From: an uncultured SAR86 cluster bacterium
Lineage (GTDB): Bacteria; Pseudomonadota; Gammaproteobacteria; Magnimaribacterales; D2472
Direction of reading: 5' to 3'
DNA: 64,000 bases
Assembly (NCBI GenBank): GCA_902559885.1
Contig: CACEJU010000001.1
Span: forward strand, 27,385 to 91,384
Shown here: positions 28,094 to 38,741 of the stretch, piece after piece
Position numbering within the stretch: the stretch's first letter is position 1
Layout of the letters: each line of letters opens with the position of its first letter
Made by a program: the position numbers and the translations under genes
Notes under the pieces: model-generated
The model's database searches: none
What the model was told of the DNA's origin: nothing
What the model saw: only the letters and a program-made list of their open reading frames with translations

Positions 28094-30193
28094 ATGCTTA
28101 AAAATAAATCTATATTTTTTCTGGTTGGTCTTTTGGCTGTTTCATGTTCAGATCCTAGCTTAAATAAGCCACTGACACACTCAGATGACCTGGTAGAGGT
28201 CATACATGGCAAAAGTATTGCAGATCCATATAGGTGGCTGGAAGATTTTACTTCTGATAAAGCTAAGTCATGGGAAGATAAGCAAAATAAATATACTAAT
28301 ACATTTATAGAATCAACAAAATATAAAAAACTTATTAGTAAAAACTTAGAAAAAGTATGGAATGGAGAATCAGTAGGAATGCCATTTAAGAACAACGAAA
28401 ATACTTTTTATTACTATAATCAAGGCCCATGGCAACACTCTAAATTAATGATTAGGCGCTGTGAAGATTGTGCTGATGAGGTTTTGATTGATCCAAATAA
28501 ATTTTCTGAAGATGGGACTATTTCTCTAGGGGGGATAAGCATAAGTCCTGATGGTAATATAATCGCTTATTCTCTTTCTGATGGTGGTTCTGATTGGAGA
28601 AAATGGAAATTTCTTAATATCAATAATGGTGAAATTTTAGAGGATACTTTAAATTGGTCAAAATTCTCTGGTGCAGTATGGGAACCAGATAGCTCAGGAG
28701 TATATTATCAAAAGTATGAGGAGCCGGCAGGTGAGCTTTTAGCCGAGCTAAATGAACTGCCTAAACTAATGTTCCATAAAATTGGCGACCCGCAAAATTT
28801 GGACACTGTGGTTTATGAAAATCCTGATCAGCCAAGGTGGGGTTGGTCAATATCAATTTCAGAAGATGGTAACAATAAAATTCTATCAATCAGTGATGGC
28901 ACAGAAGAAAAAAATAGAATTTATATAAAAACTAAAGATGTCGATGTATTTATTCCGGTCATTGATGATCTTATTGGAGAATTTACGTATATAACAAGCA
29001 AGGATAGTTTTTTGTATTTTTATTCAACCCATGATGCTCCTAATGGAAAAATAATATCATTGGATATTAAAGACAGTTCCTTTGTATGGAACGATGTTGT
29101 TAATGAATCCTCTATGCCCATTAGATCAGCAAATATTCTTAATAATAAAATTATTGTTACATACTTAAAAGATACTTTATCTGACATTAATATTTTCAAT
29201 TTAAATGGAGAGTTTGAAAAAAATATTGATTTGGGGCTTCAAGGAACTTTTTCTGGTTTTGGTGGCGGCATTGATGATACTGAAACTTACTTTAGTTTTT
29301 CAAACTATATTACTCCTACAAAAATTTATAAGTTTAATTTGATTGACTATACCTATGATTTATTTTGGGAAGAAAAGCTTGATGGTTTTGATTCTAACAA
29401 CTACTCAACAGATCTTAAATTTTATGAGTCTAAAGATGGCACTAAAATTCCTGTTCATGTAAGTCATAAAACAGGTATAAAAATAAATGCTGCAACACCT
29501 GTTTTATTATATGGATACGGTGGTTTTGATATTTCTATCTTGCCAGGCTTTAGTAAAAGATTTTTAGCCTGGATGAATCAAGGAGGAGTTGTTGCAGTGG
29601 CTAGCATAAGAGGTGGCTCAGAATATGGAGCAAAATGGCATGAAGATGGAATGCTGTTTAATAAACAAAATGTCTTTGATGATTTTGCATATGCAGCAAA
29701 ATTTTTACATGAAAATAATATTGGTTCTCCAAATTCAACAGCAATTCAAGGTGGTTCAAATGGAGGACTTTTAGTTGCTGCAACCATGCTTCAAAATCCA
29801 GATTTATTTAAAGTTGCTATTCCTGCAGTCGGCGTTTTAGATATGTTGAGGTTTCATAAATTTACAATTGGCTGGGCATGGACAAGTGATTACGGGTCTC
29901 CAGAAATAAAAGATGAGTTTTTGAATTTACTTGCCTATTCTCCCTATCATAATGTTGTTGATGGTGAGTGTTATCCGACTACTCTTATTACAACATCTAA
30001 TAGAGATGATAGAGTGGTTCCTTCTCATTCTTATAAATTTGCTGCAAGGCTCCAAAAAGCTCAAGCTTGTGATAATCCAATTTTAATCAGGATAGAAGAT
30101 AGAGCTGGTCATGGCGCAGGCACTCCGAAATATAAAAGAATAAATCAGATTGCTGAAGTATATGGTTTTGCTCTAGATGAAATATTAAATTAA
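28094..30193 (+). CDS. prolyl oligopeptidase (S9A), predicted lipoprotein
   Basis: The lipobox is LLAVSC. The S9A N-terminal block is DPYRWLED, the nucleophile context is GGSNGGLL, and the Asp (RDDRV) and His (RAGHGAG) contexts are present. Confidence 0.92.
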   Translation: MLKNKSIFFLVGLLAVSCSDPSLNKPLTHSDDLVEVIHGKSIADPYRWLEDFTSDKAKSWEDKQNKYTNTFIESTKYKKLISKNLEKVWNGESVGMPFKNNENTFYYYNQGPWQHSKLMIRRCEDCADEVLIDPNKFSEDGTISLGGISISPDGNIIAYSLSDGGSDWRKWKFLNINNGEILEDTLNWSKFSGAVWEPDSSGVYYQKYEEPAGELLAELNELPKLMFHKIGDPQNLDTVVYENPDQPRWGWSISISEDGNNKILSISDGTEEKNRIYIKTKDVDVFIPVIDDLIGEFTYITSKDSFLYFYSTHDAPNGKIISLDIKDSSFVWNDVVNESSMPIRSANILNNKIIVTYLKDTLSDINIFNLNGEFEKNIDLGLQGTFSGFGGGIDDTETYFSFSNYITPTKIYKFNLIDYTYDLFWEEKLDGFDSNNYSTDLKFYESKDGTKIPVHVSHKTGIKINAATPVLLYGYGGFDISILPGFSKRFLAWMNQGGVVAVASIRGGSEYGAKWHEDGMLFNKQNVFDDFAYAAKFLHENNIGSPNSTAIQGGSNGGLLVAATMLQNPDLFKVAIPAVGVLDMLRFHKFTIGWAWTSDYGSPEIKDEFLNLLAYSPYHNVVDGECYPTTLITTSNRDDRVVPSHSYKFAARLQKAQACDNPILIRIEDRAGHGAGTPKYKRINQIAEVYGFALDEILN

Positions 30194-32865
30194 TGAGCGT
30201 CGTTCCAGTTCCCTGCAGCTTGAGCCTCAACAATTAATGGAACATCAATACTGACTGCATTTTCCATATGGGTTTTAATAGCTTTAATTGCATCTTTTTC
30301 TAGATCTTTACTTACTTCAAAGATAAGTTCATCGTGAACCTGCATTATCATCTTTAACTCTGGCATTTCATCTTTTATAAATAGGTCAACATCTATCATT
30401 GCTTTTTTGATTATGTCTGCTGCTGAACCCTGAAGGGGTGCATTAATGGCAGCCCTTTCTGCTGCTTGTCTTCTTAGACCATTACCAGAATTTATTTCTT
30501 TAACATATAGCCTTCTTCCCATAATGGTTTCGACATACTCTTTTTGTTTTGCAGATTGTCTAATATTTTCCATATAAGTTTTTACACCGGTATATCTTTC
30601 AAAATAAGTATCCAAATATTGCTGTGCTTCTGCTCGAGAAATATCTAGCTGTCTTGTAAGACCGAAAGCGGTCATGCCATACATTAGACCAAAATTTATT
30701 GCCTTTGCGCTTCTTCTTTGGTCTATTGAAACTTCCTTAAGATCAACGCCAAAAACTTCTGCCGCTGTTGAGCTATGCACGTCAATATTGTTTGTAAATG
30801 CATTCAAGAGATTTTTATCTTTGGATAGGTGCGCCATTATTCTTAATTCGATTTGAGAATAATCTGCAGCTATTAGTGTGTTTCCTTGCTCAGGAACAAA
30901 AGCTTCTCTTATTTTTCTGCCTTCAGCTGTTTTTATCGGTATGTTCTGAAGATTTGGCTCTGTTGATGAAAGTCTTCCTGTTGATGTGATTGCTTGATGA
31001 TATGAGGTATGTATTCTTAAGGATTTTGGATTTTCTAGTGCTACAAGACTATCAGTATAGGTTGATTTTAATTTTGCCAGCGATCTATATTCTAATATTA
31101 CTTTTGGAAGCTCGTATTCCTCTGCAAGCCTTTTCAGGGTTTCTTCGTTTGTAGATGGCTGTCCTTTGGGAGTCTTTTTTAGAATTGGTAAGCCTTGTTC
31201 CTCATATAAGATTTCTAATAATTGTTTTGGTGAATCTAGATTGAATTCTCTACCTGAGATTTTATAAGCCTGTTTAGATAAGACATCTATTTTTTTTCCG
31301 AGTTCTTTTGAGTAATCAGTAAGTTGTTTTTTGTCTACCTTTGCGCCATTACTTTCTATCCTTGAAAGAACTCTTGCCAGAGGATACTCCAAAGATTCTA
31401 GTAGGTGCTTTAGTTCTTTTTTTGAATCAAGCAAGTTATCTAGATGATAGAAAAGCCTTAGAGTTATATCTGCATCTTCAGCAGCATATTCACAAGCAAT
31501 AGCTAACTCAACTTTGTCAAAACTAATTTGCTTGGATGCCGTACCGGTTACATCTGTATATTTTATTGTTGTTTCACCTAAGTAGAATTCTGCTAGCCTA
31601 TCTAGACTATGACGTGTGGCAGTGCTGTCATAGACATATGACATAAGCATAGTATCTGCTTTAAAGTCAGTAATTTTTATCCCATGTCTTTTTAGAACAG
31701 GGATGTCAAATTTTAAGTTTTGCCCGACAATTTTTGATTGATTTTCTTCTATAACTTTTCCAAGTTCATTTTTGACTATTTCCAAATCTAGCTGATCTGG
31801 GCACCCTTCATATGAGTGAGCAATTGGTATATAACAAGCCATATTTCCTTCAACAGCAAGAGAAATTCCAACTAAATTAGACGATAAGATATCTAGAGAA
31901 TCTGTTTCTGTATCAATAGCAAATGCATTAGATTTCTTTATTAGGTCGGCCCATTTCTCAAGTCCATTTTTATCTGTTATCAATTCATAATTTTTATTTA
32001 CCTTTTGAGGTTTGCTTTCCTCTTTTTTGGGTGTAGAGCCTCTAAACTCTAGATCGCTAAAAATTCTATTTAGTTCCTCTTCGTCACCTTTTGCATCTAG
32101 AATTTCTTGAAATGATTTGCCTAAGTCTACATCATCTTTGAGGGATACTAATTCAATATTGCGTGCTAGTGATCCTGAGAACTCTCTTAAATTATCGCCT
32201 ACAACACCTTTAATATCATTTTGATTTTTAATAATATTTTCAATATCCCCATAAGTTAAAAGCCATTTGGCTGCTGTCTTTGGTCCAACCTTTGGAACGC
32301 CTGGAATATTATCTGAACTATCTCCTGTCAAAGCTAATAAGTCTCTAACTTGGTTTGGTTTAACTCCAAATTTTTCTTCTACTTTTTCCTCATCAAAAAT
32401 TTTATGCTTCATTGTATCCATCATAGTTATATGCGGATCTTCAACCAATTGCATGAGATCTTTATCAAGAGAAGAAATTACAGCTTTATATTTTTCTTTC
32501 TTTGCAGTTTGAACGAGCGTTGCTATAACATCGTCTGCCTCAACGCCTGAAATTTCAATCAGCGGAAAACCAATAGCGCTACAAATATCTTTTACTGGTT
32601 GAAGCTGAGACCTTAATTCATCTGGCATTGGTGGTCTATTTTGTTTATATTCTTTATAAATATCGTTCCTGAAAGTTTTACCTTTTGCATCGAATACAAC
32701 AATAATTGGAGAGCCCTCACTTTCTTTCTTTAGATTCATCAACATATTTGTGACACCTTTAATTGCGCCAGTTGGTCTGCCATCAGAGGTTGTTAACGGT
32801 GGCAATGCATGAAAAGCTCTGTAGAGATATGAAGACCCATCAATTATAAAAATTCTATTTTTCAT
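30190..32865 (-). CDS. polA: DNA polymerase I
   Basis: A 5'-nuclease N-terminus is followed by a 3'-5' exonuclease domain and polymerase motifs A (DYSQIELR), B (RRSAKAINFGLMYG) and C (QVHDEL). The length is 891 aa. Confidence 0.98.
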   Translation of the reverse strand: MKNRIFIIDGSSYLYRAFHALPPLTTSDGRPTGAIKGVTNMLMNLKKESEGSPIIVVFDAKGKTFRNDIYKEYKQNRPPMPDELRSQLQPVKDICSAIGFPLIEISGVEADDVIATLVQTAKKEKYKAVISSLDKDLMQLVEDPHITMMDTMKHKIFDEEKVEEKFGVKPNQVRDLLALTGDSSDNIPGVPKVGPKTAAKWLLTYGDIENIIKNQNDIKGVVGDNLREFSGSLARNIELVSLKDDVDLGKSFQEILDAKGDEEELNRIFSDLEFRGSTPKKEESKPQKVNKNYELITDKNGLEKWADLIKKSNAFAIDTETDSLDILSSNLVGISLAVEGNMACYIPIAHSYEGCPDQLDLEIVKNELGKVIEENQSKIVGQNLKFDIPVLKRHGIKITDFKADTMLMSYVYDSTATRHSLDRLAEFYLGETTIKYTDVTGTASKQISFDKVELAIACEYAAEDADITLRLFYHLDNLLDSKKELKHLLESLEYPLARVLSRIESNGAKVDKKQLTDYSKELGKKIDVLSKQAYKISGREFNLDSPKQLLEILYEEQGLPILKKTPKGQPSTNEETLKRLAEEYELPKVILEYRSLAKLKSTYTDSLVALENPKSLRIHTSYHQAITSTGRLSSTEPNLQNIPIKTAEGRKIREAFVPEQGNTLIAADYSQIELRIMAHLSKDKNLLNAFTNNIDVHSSTAAEVFGVDLKEVSIDQRRSAKAINFGLMYGMTAFGLTRQLDISRAEAQQYLDTYFERYTGVKTYMENIRQSAKQKEYVETIMGRRLYVKEINSGNGLRRQAAERAAINAPLQGSAADIIKKAMIDVDLFIKDEMPELKMIMQVHDELIFEVSKDLEKDAIKAIKTHMENAVSIDVPLIVEAQAAGNWNDAH

Positions 32866-32915
32866 TTATTTATTTGTTATTTTTTTTCATCTAATTATTG
32901 ATACTATATGATCAG

Positions 32916-33413
32916 ATGATAAATATTATTAAAACACTTTATCTAAAGTATTTCGAATTAACTTCAGCAATATGTGCAACATTAATTATAGTGCTCGCAA
33001 TTTTGATGGAAAAGCTATTGTATTTAAATGCATGTAACTTATGTATTCTTGCAAGATTTGCATTTGTAGGAATAGCGCTTGTTTCATTTTCTGCTCATTT
33101 CTTTAAAAAATATCAACTTGCTCACAAGTTATTTAACATATTTTTTTCTCTTAGCGGTCTTGTGTTTATGGGCAGACAGATCATGCTTCAAAACCTTCCT
33201 GAAGAAGAAGTAATGATGTTAGAGGGTTGTGGCTTGCCTTTATTTACTACATTTGAATACTATGGTGTATTTAATGGCATCGTGATGGCTCTTAAGGGTG
33301 GATCGAGCTGTGCAAAGATTGATTGGGAGTTTATTTTTAATTTTGCAGAATGGGGTTTTTTGTTTTTTAGCATTTATTTAATTACAAACCTACATAAAAT
33401 CTTCTCAAAATAA
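32916..33413 (+). CDS. dsbB: disulfide bond formation protein B
   Basis: The four-TM protein has a first periplasmic CxxC in ACNLCILARF, and later Cys residues in the second loop (GCGLP ... SSCAK). I prefer the ATG at 32916; the track uses the TTG at 32898. Confidence 0.85.
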   Translation: MINIIKTLYLKYFELTSAICATLIIVLAILMEKLLYLNACNLCILARFAFVGIALVSFSAHFFKKYQLAHKLFNIFFSLSGLVFMGRQIMLQNLPEEEVMMLEGCGLPLFTTFEYYGVFNGIVMALKGGSSCAKIDWEFIFNFAEWGFLFFSIYLITNLHKIFSK

Positions 33414-33586
33414 CATTAAATTGTAATAAAACTACAAAAGTAACCCTCTAAAATAGGCATAAATAAAGGTTTTTTTATTGAATTGACAAAAAAATAACAA
33501 TATTTTTTACTTCACTACATAAGCTAATTTATTAATGTAGATAAATGTAAATTTTATACATATAATTTTATAAGTAAGAAATAAGA

Positions 33587-35113
33587 ATGAATCACGCTAC
33601 AAACCTTTCCAATCAAGAATTAATTTCAGAGGCACTTAAAAATAATGAAGGTGTATTGGCAGCAAATGGTGCTTTAAGCACAATTACGGGTCTTAGAACT
33701 GGAAGGAGCCCAAATGATAGGTTTATTGTTAAAGAAAGTTCTACTGAAGAGCAAATTGATTGGGGTGATATCAACAAACCCTTTGAAGAAGATAAATTTT
33801 ATGCCCTTTGGAACAAAGTTTCAGGCCATCTAAGTAATAAAAAAACTTATACAACAAATGTTCATGTTGGATCAAATGATGATCATTACTTGCCTGTAAA
33901 AGTAACAACTGAAACTGCTTGGCATAGTTTGTTTTCTAAACTTATATTTGTAGTTCCTCAGATATATAACCCTTCTAATAAAAAGGAATGGGAAATACTA
34001 AGTGCAGCAAATTTTGAATGTATACCAGAGGTTGATGGAACCTATTCAGATGGTTGTGTTGTCATAAACTTTAAAGAACAAAAGGTTATTTTAGCTGGAA
34101 TGAAATATGCAGGGGAGATGAAGAAATCAATGTTCTCAGTTCAAAATTTTTTACTTCCTGCGAAAGATGTTTTACCAATGCATTGTTCAGCAAATGTGAA
34201 TTCACAAGGAAAAGTATCTCTTTTCTTTGGTTTATCAGGAACTGGAAAAACAACACTATCAGCTGATCCATCATGTTTTTTAATTGGCGATGATGAGCAT
34301 GGCTGGGGTGATGGTTCCGTTTTCAATTTTGAGGGTGGTTGTTATGCCAAAACCATTGATCTATCTCAAGAAAATGAACCAGTTATATATAACGCTATTA
34401 AATCGGGAAGCATTATAGAAAATGTATATTTAGACTCTAATGGCAAGCCAGACTATACAAATACCTCATTATCAGAAAATGGAAGATGCTGTTATCCAAG
34501 AAACCACATAGAAGATGCTGTTCCTGAAAATTCTGCTGGGGAGCCTGAGACAGTAATATTTTTAACATGTGATTTAACAGGCTTAATACCACCTGTTTCA
34601 ATTTTAAGTAAAGAAGCTGCCGCTTATCATTTTCTAAGCGGATACACTGCAAAGGTAGGCTCAACTGAGATAGGCTCTACTTCTGAAATAGAATCTACTT
34701 TTTCTACCTGTTTTGGTGCTCCGTTTTTTCCTAGACCAGCTGGGGTATATGCCGATTTGCTTATTAAACGGATTGAAGCATTTGATGCGAAAGTATTTTT
34801 AGTCAATACCGGTTGGACTGGTGGTCCGCACGGAACAGGAAAAAGATTCTCAATACCTACAACCAGAAGAGTAGTTAATGCTATTCAAAATGGTGAGCTT
34901 GATAATGTTGAAACTAAATTTATTGAAGGTCTTAATCTAAACGTACCAGTACATGTAGAGGGTGTTGCTCCAGAATTGCTAACACCTAAAGAGACATGGG
35001 ATAATAAAGAAGCATATGAAGATTATCTCAAAGACTTGGTACAAAAATTTCAAGACAATATTAAAAAATTTGATATTAGAGAAGAAATCATTAAAGCCGG
35101 TCCCGGTTTTTAA
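33587..35113 (+). CDS. pckA: phosphoenolpyruvate carboxykinase (ATP)
   Basis: The kinase-1a motif [11 protein letters not shown] is present, with the RSPNDRF, GGCYAK and NTGWTGG blocks. Confidence 0.97.
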   Translation: MNHATNLSNQELISEALKNNEGVLAANGALSTITGLRTGRSPNDRFIVKESSTEEQIDWGDINKPFEEDKFYALWNKVSGHLSNKKTYTTNVHVGSNDDHYLPVKVTTETAWHSLFSKLIFVVPQIYNPSNKKEWEILSAANFECIPEVDGTYSDGCVVINFKEQKVILAGMKYAGEMKKSMFSVQNFLLPAKDVLPMHCSANVNSQGKVSLFFGLSGTGKTTLSADPSCFLIGDDEHGWGDGSVFNFEGGCYAKTIDLSQENEPVIYNAIKSGSIIENVYLDSNGKPDYTNTSLSENGRCCYPRNHIEDAVPENSAGEPETVIFLTCDLTGLIPPVSILSKEAAAYHFLSGYTAKVGSTEIGSTSEIESTFSTCFGAPFFPRPAGVYADLLIKRIEAFDAKVFLVNTGWTGGPHGTGKRFSIPTTRRVVNAIQNGELDNVETKFIEGLNLNVPVHVEGVAPELLTPKETWDNKEAYEDYLKDLVQKFQDNIKKFDIREEIIKAGPGF

Positions 35114-36618
35114 TGCCTGAAGATTCATTACGACTAAAACTCAACCAACTCAAAAACAAAGGTTTTTTTGAAGATCTAGTTGTGCTTAGGGGAATAGAAA
35201 AAGAATCATTGAGAGTTGATGGGAGTGGAGTAATTAGCACCAAAGATCACCCTGAGTCATTAGGTTCTAAATACACCAATCCTGAAATTACTATTGATTT
35301 TGCCGAATCCCAAATAGAGTTGGTGTCGCCTATTTTTGATTCTGCTAAAAACATGATTGCCTATCTTGAAGAACTGCATGCATTTGTTTTAAACAACCTT
35401 GAAGAAGATGAAAGCTTATGGCCTCTTTCGATGCCTCCCAGAGTTACAGATACATCTTCCATACAAATAGGTAAATGGCCCCTAACAAATAATGGAAAAC
35501 TAAAAGAGTTATACAGAGTTGGTCTTGCTAATCGTCATGGCAAAATTATGCAATGTGTTTCCGGTATTCATTATAATTTTTCAATAGACTCAAAAAGTCT
35601 AAAAATTTTAAATCCAAGCCCATCAAATGCATATCTAGGATTGATAAGAAATTTTAAAAGAATTTTTTGGCTTGTATTGACTGAGTTTGGAGCTTCGCAG
35701 GTTATAGATAAATCTTATCCTAGCAATATAGAAATGAGCAAACTAAATTCTTCAGACCTTTATTTAAAAGACGCTACTTCGCTTAGAATGAGTAATATTG
35801 GATATGTGAGTTCAGCTCAAGCAGACTTGAACCTTGACTATAATTCTCTTGAAGGATTTCTAAAAATACTAAAAGACGCCCTATTAAGACCTTACGCTGA
35901 TTACACACAGATAGATGATAACAATCAATCAAATAAAAGACTGCAAATCTCGGATTCAATAATACAAATTGAAAATGAGTTATATGATTCTATTAGACCA
36001 AAAAGATCGCTTGAAAAAAATTATAGGCCTTATGAGCTTTTAAAAAATAAAGGTATAGAGTATGTCGAAGTTAGAGGTATAGATCTTGATCCAAATAGCC
36101 CAACTGGGATTGATATAAATAAAGCCTTATTAATAGAGTTGATTTTGCTTTATTGCCTGATTAATGAAAGTCCTTTTATTGATTCAGATGAAAAAAAATT
36201 AATTGCATTAAATGAATCAGAGGCTATTTTTAATGGCAAAAATAAAGATGCTGCAATACACATAGAAAACAAAAGCATTAATATGAATGATATAAAAAGA
36301 AATATTTTTGATGACCTTGAGTTGCTAGCAGAGTATTTAAAGAATGAAGATTATAAAAAAGCTATTCGATCTCATAGAACGGCTGTTGCTGAACTTCAAT
36401 CAGATATTATTAATTCAAGCAATTTAACATTTCATGAATATGGACTTGAATTAATAGATAAGCACTCATCTTTAAAAAATAAATTTTCTTCAAAGGATTT
36501 AATGCCATATAAATCGAGAGCTCTTGAATCATTAGAAAAGTTAAATAATATAAATTATGATGAGGGAATTAATTTTGATAACTTTTTAATAGACTTTAAC
36601 TCAAAACTTAATAATTAA
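35113..36618 (+). CDS. gshA: glutamate--cysteine ligase (type 1)
   Basis: The GIEKESLRV, GIHYNFS and YVEVRGIDLDP blocks parallel E. coli GshA. The start shares the TAATG junction with pckA. Confidence 0.9.
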   Translation: MPEDSLRLKLNQLKNKGFFEDLVVLRGIEKESLRVDGSGVISTKDHPESLGSKYTNPEITIDFAESQIELVSPIFDSAKNMIAYLEELHAFVLNNLEEDESLWPLSMPPRVTDTSSIQIGKWPLTNNGKLKELYRVGLANRHGKIMQCVSGIHYNFSIDSKSLKILNPSPSNAYLGLIRNFKRIFWLVLTEFGASQVIDKSYPSNIEMSKLNSSDLYLKDATSLRMSNIGYVSSAQADLNLDYNSLEGFLKILKDALLRPYADYTQIDDNNQSNKRLQISDSIIQIENELYDSIRPKRSLEKNYRPYELLKNKGIEYVEVRGIDLDPNSPTGIDINKALLIELILLYCLINESPFIDSDEKKLIALNESEAIFNGKNKDAAIHIENKSINMNDIKRNIFDDLELLAEYLKNEDYKKAIRSHRTAVAELQSDIINSSNLTFHEYGLELIDKHSSLKNKFSSKDLMPYKSRALESLEKLNNINYDEGINFDNFLIDFNSKLNN

Positions 36619-36638
36619 TAATATAAAGGAGAGGTATT

Positions 36639-37637
36639 ATGAAGGCATTGCAGTGTATTGAGCTTGGCGGGCCAGAAAAACTAGTAGTTAATGAGATTGA
36701 GGATCCAAAAATTCAACCAGGCCATATAATTATTGATGTAAAAGCGGCAAGTGTTAACTTTCCTGATGTATTAATGATCCAAGGTTTATATCAGTTCCAG
36801 CCTCCTATGCCATTTATTCCAGGTGGTGAGTCAGCCGGTATCGTTTCAGAGGTTGCAGATGATGTTCAGAACTTTAAAGTAGGTGATAAAGTTTTTGCTA
36901 TGAGTGGTACTGGTGCATTTGCTGAGAAAATCCTTGCACATGAAGCTAGTGTAATGCTTATTCCAGAATCTATGAATTATGATTCGGCTGCTGCCCTATC
37001 TATGACATATGGAACATCATTATATGCTCTTAAGCAAAGGGCTAAATTAAAAGCTGGGGAGACGCTTTTAGTTTTAGGTGCAGCTGGAGGAGTTGGCCTT
37101 GCTGCAGTTGAGCTAGGCAAAGAAATGGGCGCTAAAGTTATTGCAGCTGCATCAACTCAAGAAAAAGTTGATCTTGCTAAAAAACATGGAGCTGATGAGG
37201 GTTTTGTTTATCCAAGTGGCAAGTTAGATAAAGATCAACAGAAAGAATTGTCAAAAACTATTAAGGAGTTAACCAATGGTCTTGGTGCAAATGTAGTGTA
37301 CGATCCAGTTGGTGACAATTATGCTGAGCCTTGCTTGCGATCAACTGCTTGGGATGGAAGATATTTGGTTATTGGATTTGCTGCTGGTGAAATTCCAAAA
37401 ATTCCACTAAATCTAGCGCTATTGAAGGGGTGTAAAATTGTTGGGGTTTTTTGGGGCGCATGGGTAGGACTTGATCCTGACGGAAATAAAGAAAATTTTA
37501 AAGAATTATTTGAAATGCATGCAGATGGAAAAATAAACCCTGAGGTCTCAGATGCATTTGATTTGGATAATGGAGCAGAAGCCATTAATCATCTTGCAAG
37601 CAGGAAAGCCAAAGGCAAGGTAATTATCAAGATCTAA
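36639..37637 (+). CDS. NADPH:quinone oxidoreductase-like medium-chain dehydrogenase/reductase
   Basis: An MDR fold is indicated by the NFPD block, the nucleotide-binding loop GAAGGVGLAAVELGK, and a C-terminus ending KGKVIIKI. The substrate cannot be inferred. Confidence 0.85.
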   Translation: MKALQCIELGGPEKLVVNEIEDPKIQPGHIIIDVKAASVNFPDVLMIQGLYQFQPPMPFIPGGESAGIVSEVADDVQNFKVGDKVFAMSGTGAFAEKILAHEASVMLIPESMNYDSAAALSMTYGTSLYALKQRAKLKAGETLLVLGAAGGVGLAAVELGKEMGAKVIAAASTQEKVDLAKKHGADEGFVYPSGKLDKDQQKELSKTIKELTNGLGANVVYDPVGDNYAEPCLRSTAWDGRYLVIGFAAGEIPKIPLNLALLKGCKIVGVFWGAWVGLDPDGNKENFKELFEMHADGKINPEVSDAFDLDNGAEAINHLASRKAKGKVIIKI

Positions 37638-37640
37638 AAT

Positions 37641-38741
37641 ATGTCTATAACAAAAGCTGACGATTATCCGATACATCAAATCTCTAAACCTGTTTCAGAG
37701 GTTGGATCAGAAAGAAATTTTTATGATCGTTATTTTTTTAATGGGTACTCAAAAAATGATGATATATATTTTGGTGCGGTCCTCTGTGTCTATCCAAATT
37801 TAAATATCATGGATGGCTCATTTACGCTTGCCTATAAAGGCAAACAATATAATTCAAGAGCCTCAAGAATTTTGAACTTAGAGAGACTGGAAACTGAGGT
37901 TGGTCAACTAAAGGTTGAAGTAATTAAGCCATTAAAAAAACTCAAAGTTTCTTTGAATGATATAGAAAATAATTTTGAAGCTGACCTGACAATAACTGGA
38001 AAGTTTGAACCAATGAGGGAGCCTCAAATGCAATTATATGATGGCCCAAGGTTAATCATGGATACATGCAGACTAACACAACAAGGCTCATGGTCAGGTT
38101 TTATAAAAATAAATGGTGAAAAAATAGATGTTAACGAAAAAGATTTTGTTGGGACAAGAGATAGATCTTGGGGAGTAAGGCCTGTTGGTGCATATGACAG
38201 TCAACCGGTTGCGCCTTTTAATATGCCACAGTTTTATTGGCTATGGGCACCCTTTCATTTTGATAATATTGCCGCACATGTTTACTTTATTGATAAAGCC
38301 AATGGCTTATCAGATACGGTTTTAGGAGTAATACAAGGCCCTGATTACAAAAATGAATTTGAATTACATAATGTAGAGAAAAAAGTATCTTACGCTCCAA
38401 AATCAAGAAGAATTGAATCAATGATAATTAGTGCTTTAGATAAAAATGGTAATAACATTGAAATGACTATTGATTGTGGTACCAAAGTCTTTATGTGTGG
38501 ACTTGGTTACATGCATCCTGAATGGGGTCATGGTCATAATAAAGGTGATTTTGCTAAACATTTTGATGAGTATAATCTTAATGAAGATCCTGGAGATCCT
38601 CCATATCTTCATATTCAGGCACTTTCAAATGCTGTATTGAAAATAGCTGATAAAACTTATCATGGAAGAGGAGTCCTGGAGCAACTCATTCTTGGTGCTC
38701 ATGAGCCTAGTGGCTTTGTTGATCTTTTTGATAAACCTTAA
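37641..38741 (+). CDS. conserved hypothetical protein (possibly AttH/CrtC-like lipocalin-type hydratase fold)
   Basis: The 366-aa ORF is tightly coupled to both neighbours. Only loose resemblances support the fold guess: RYFFNGY...IYFGAVL versus the EWWYFTGH pattern, and GTRDRSWG versus the WxDxEW pattern. A His-rich patch HPEWGHGH is present. Confidence 0.5.
   Translation: MSITKADDYPIHQISKPVSEVGSERNFYDRYFFNGYSKNDDIYFGAVLCVYPNLNIMDGSFTLAYKGKQYNSRASRILNLERLETEVGQLKVEVIKPLKKLKVSLNDIENNFEADLTITGKFEPMREPQMQLYDGPRLIMDTCRLTQQGSWSGFIKINGEKIDVNEKDFVGTRDRSWGVRPVGAYDSQPVAPFNMPQFYWLWAPFHFDNIAAHVYFIDKANGLSDTVLGVIQGPDYKNEFELHNVEKKVSYAPKSRRIESMIISALDKNGNNIEMTIDCGTKVFMCGLGYMHPEWGHGHNKGDFAKHFDEYNLNEDPGDPPYLHIQALSNAVLKIADKTYHGRGVLEQLILGAHEPSGFVDLFDKP

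Noticed and set aside
28072-28395. A 107-aa minus-strand ORF spanning the start of the prolyl oligopeptidase gene and part of the divergent spacer.
   Set aside because: It overlaps the well-supported lipoprotein signal and N-terminal domain of the peptidase on the other strand. It has no motif support and no plausible ribosome-binding site.
33414-33586. The longest non-coding spacer (173 nt, dsbB to pckA) as a possible sRNA, small ORF or origin-like region.
   Set aside because: I found no DnaA boxes, no convincing stem-loops (only a 6-bp CTACAT/ATGTAG inverted repeat) and no ORF with a ribosome-binding site. It is most simply the pckA promoter and leader.
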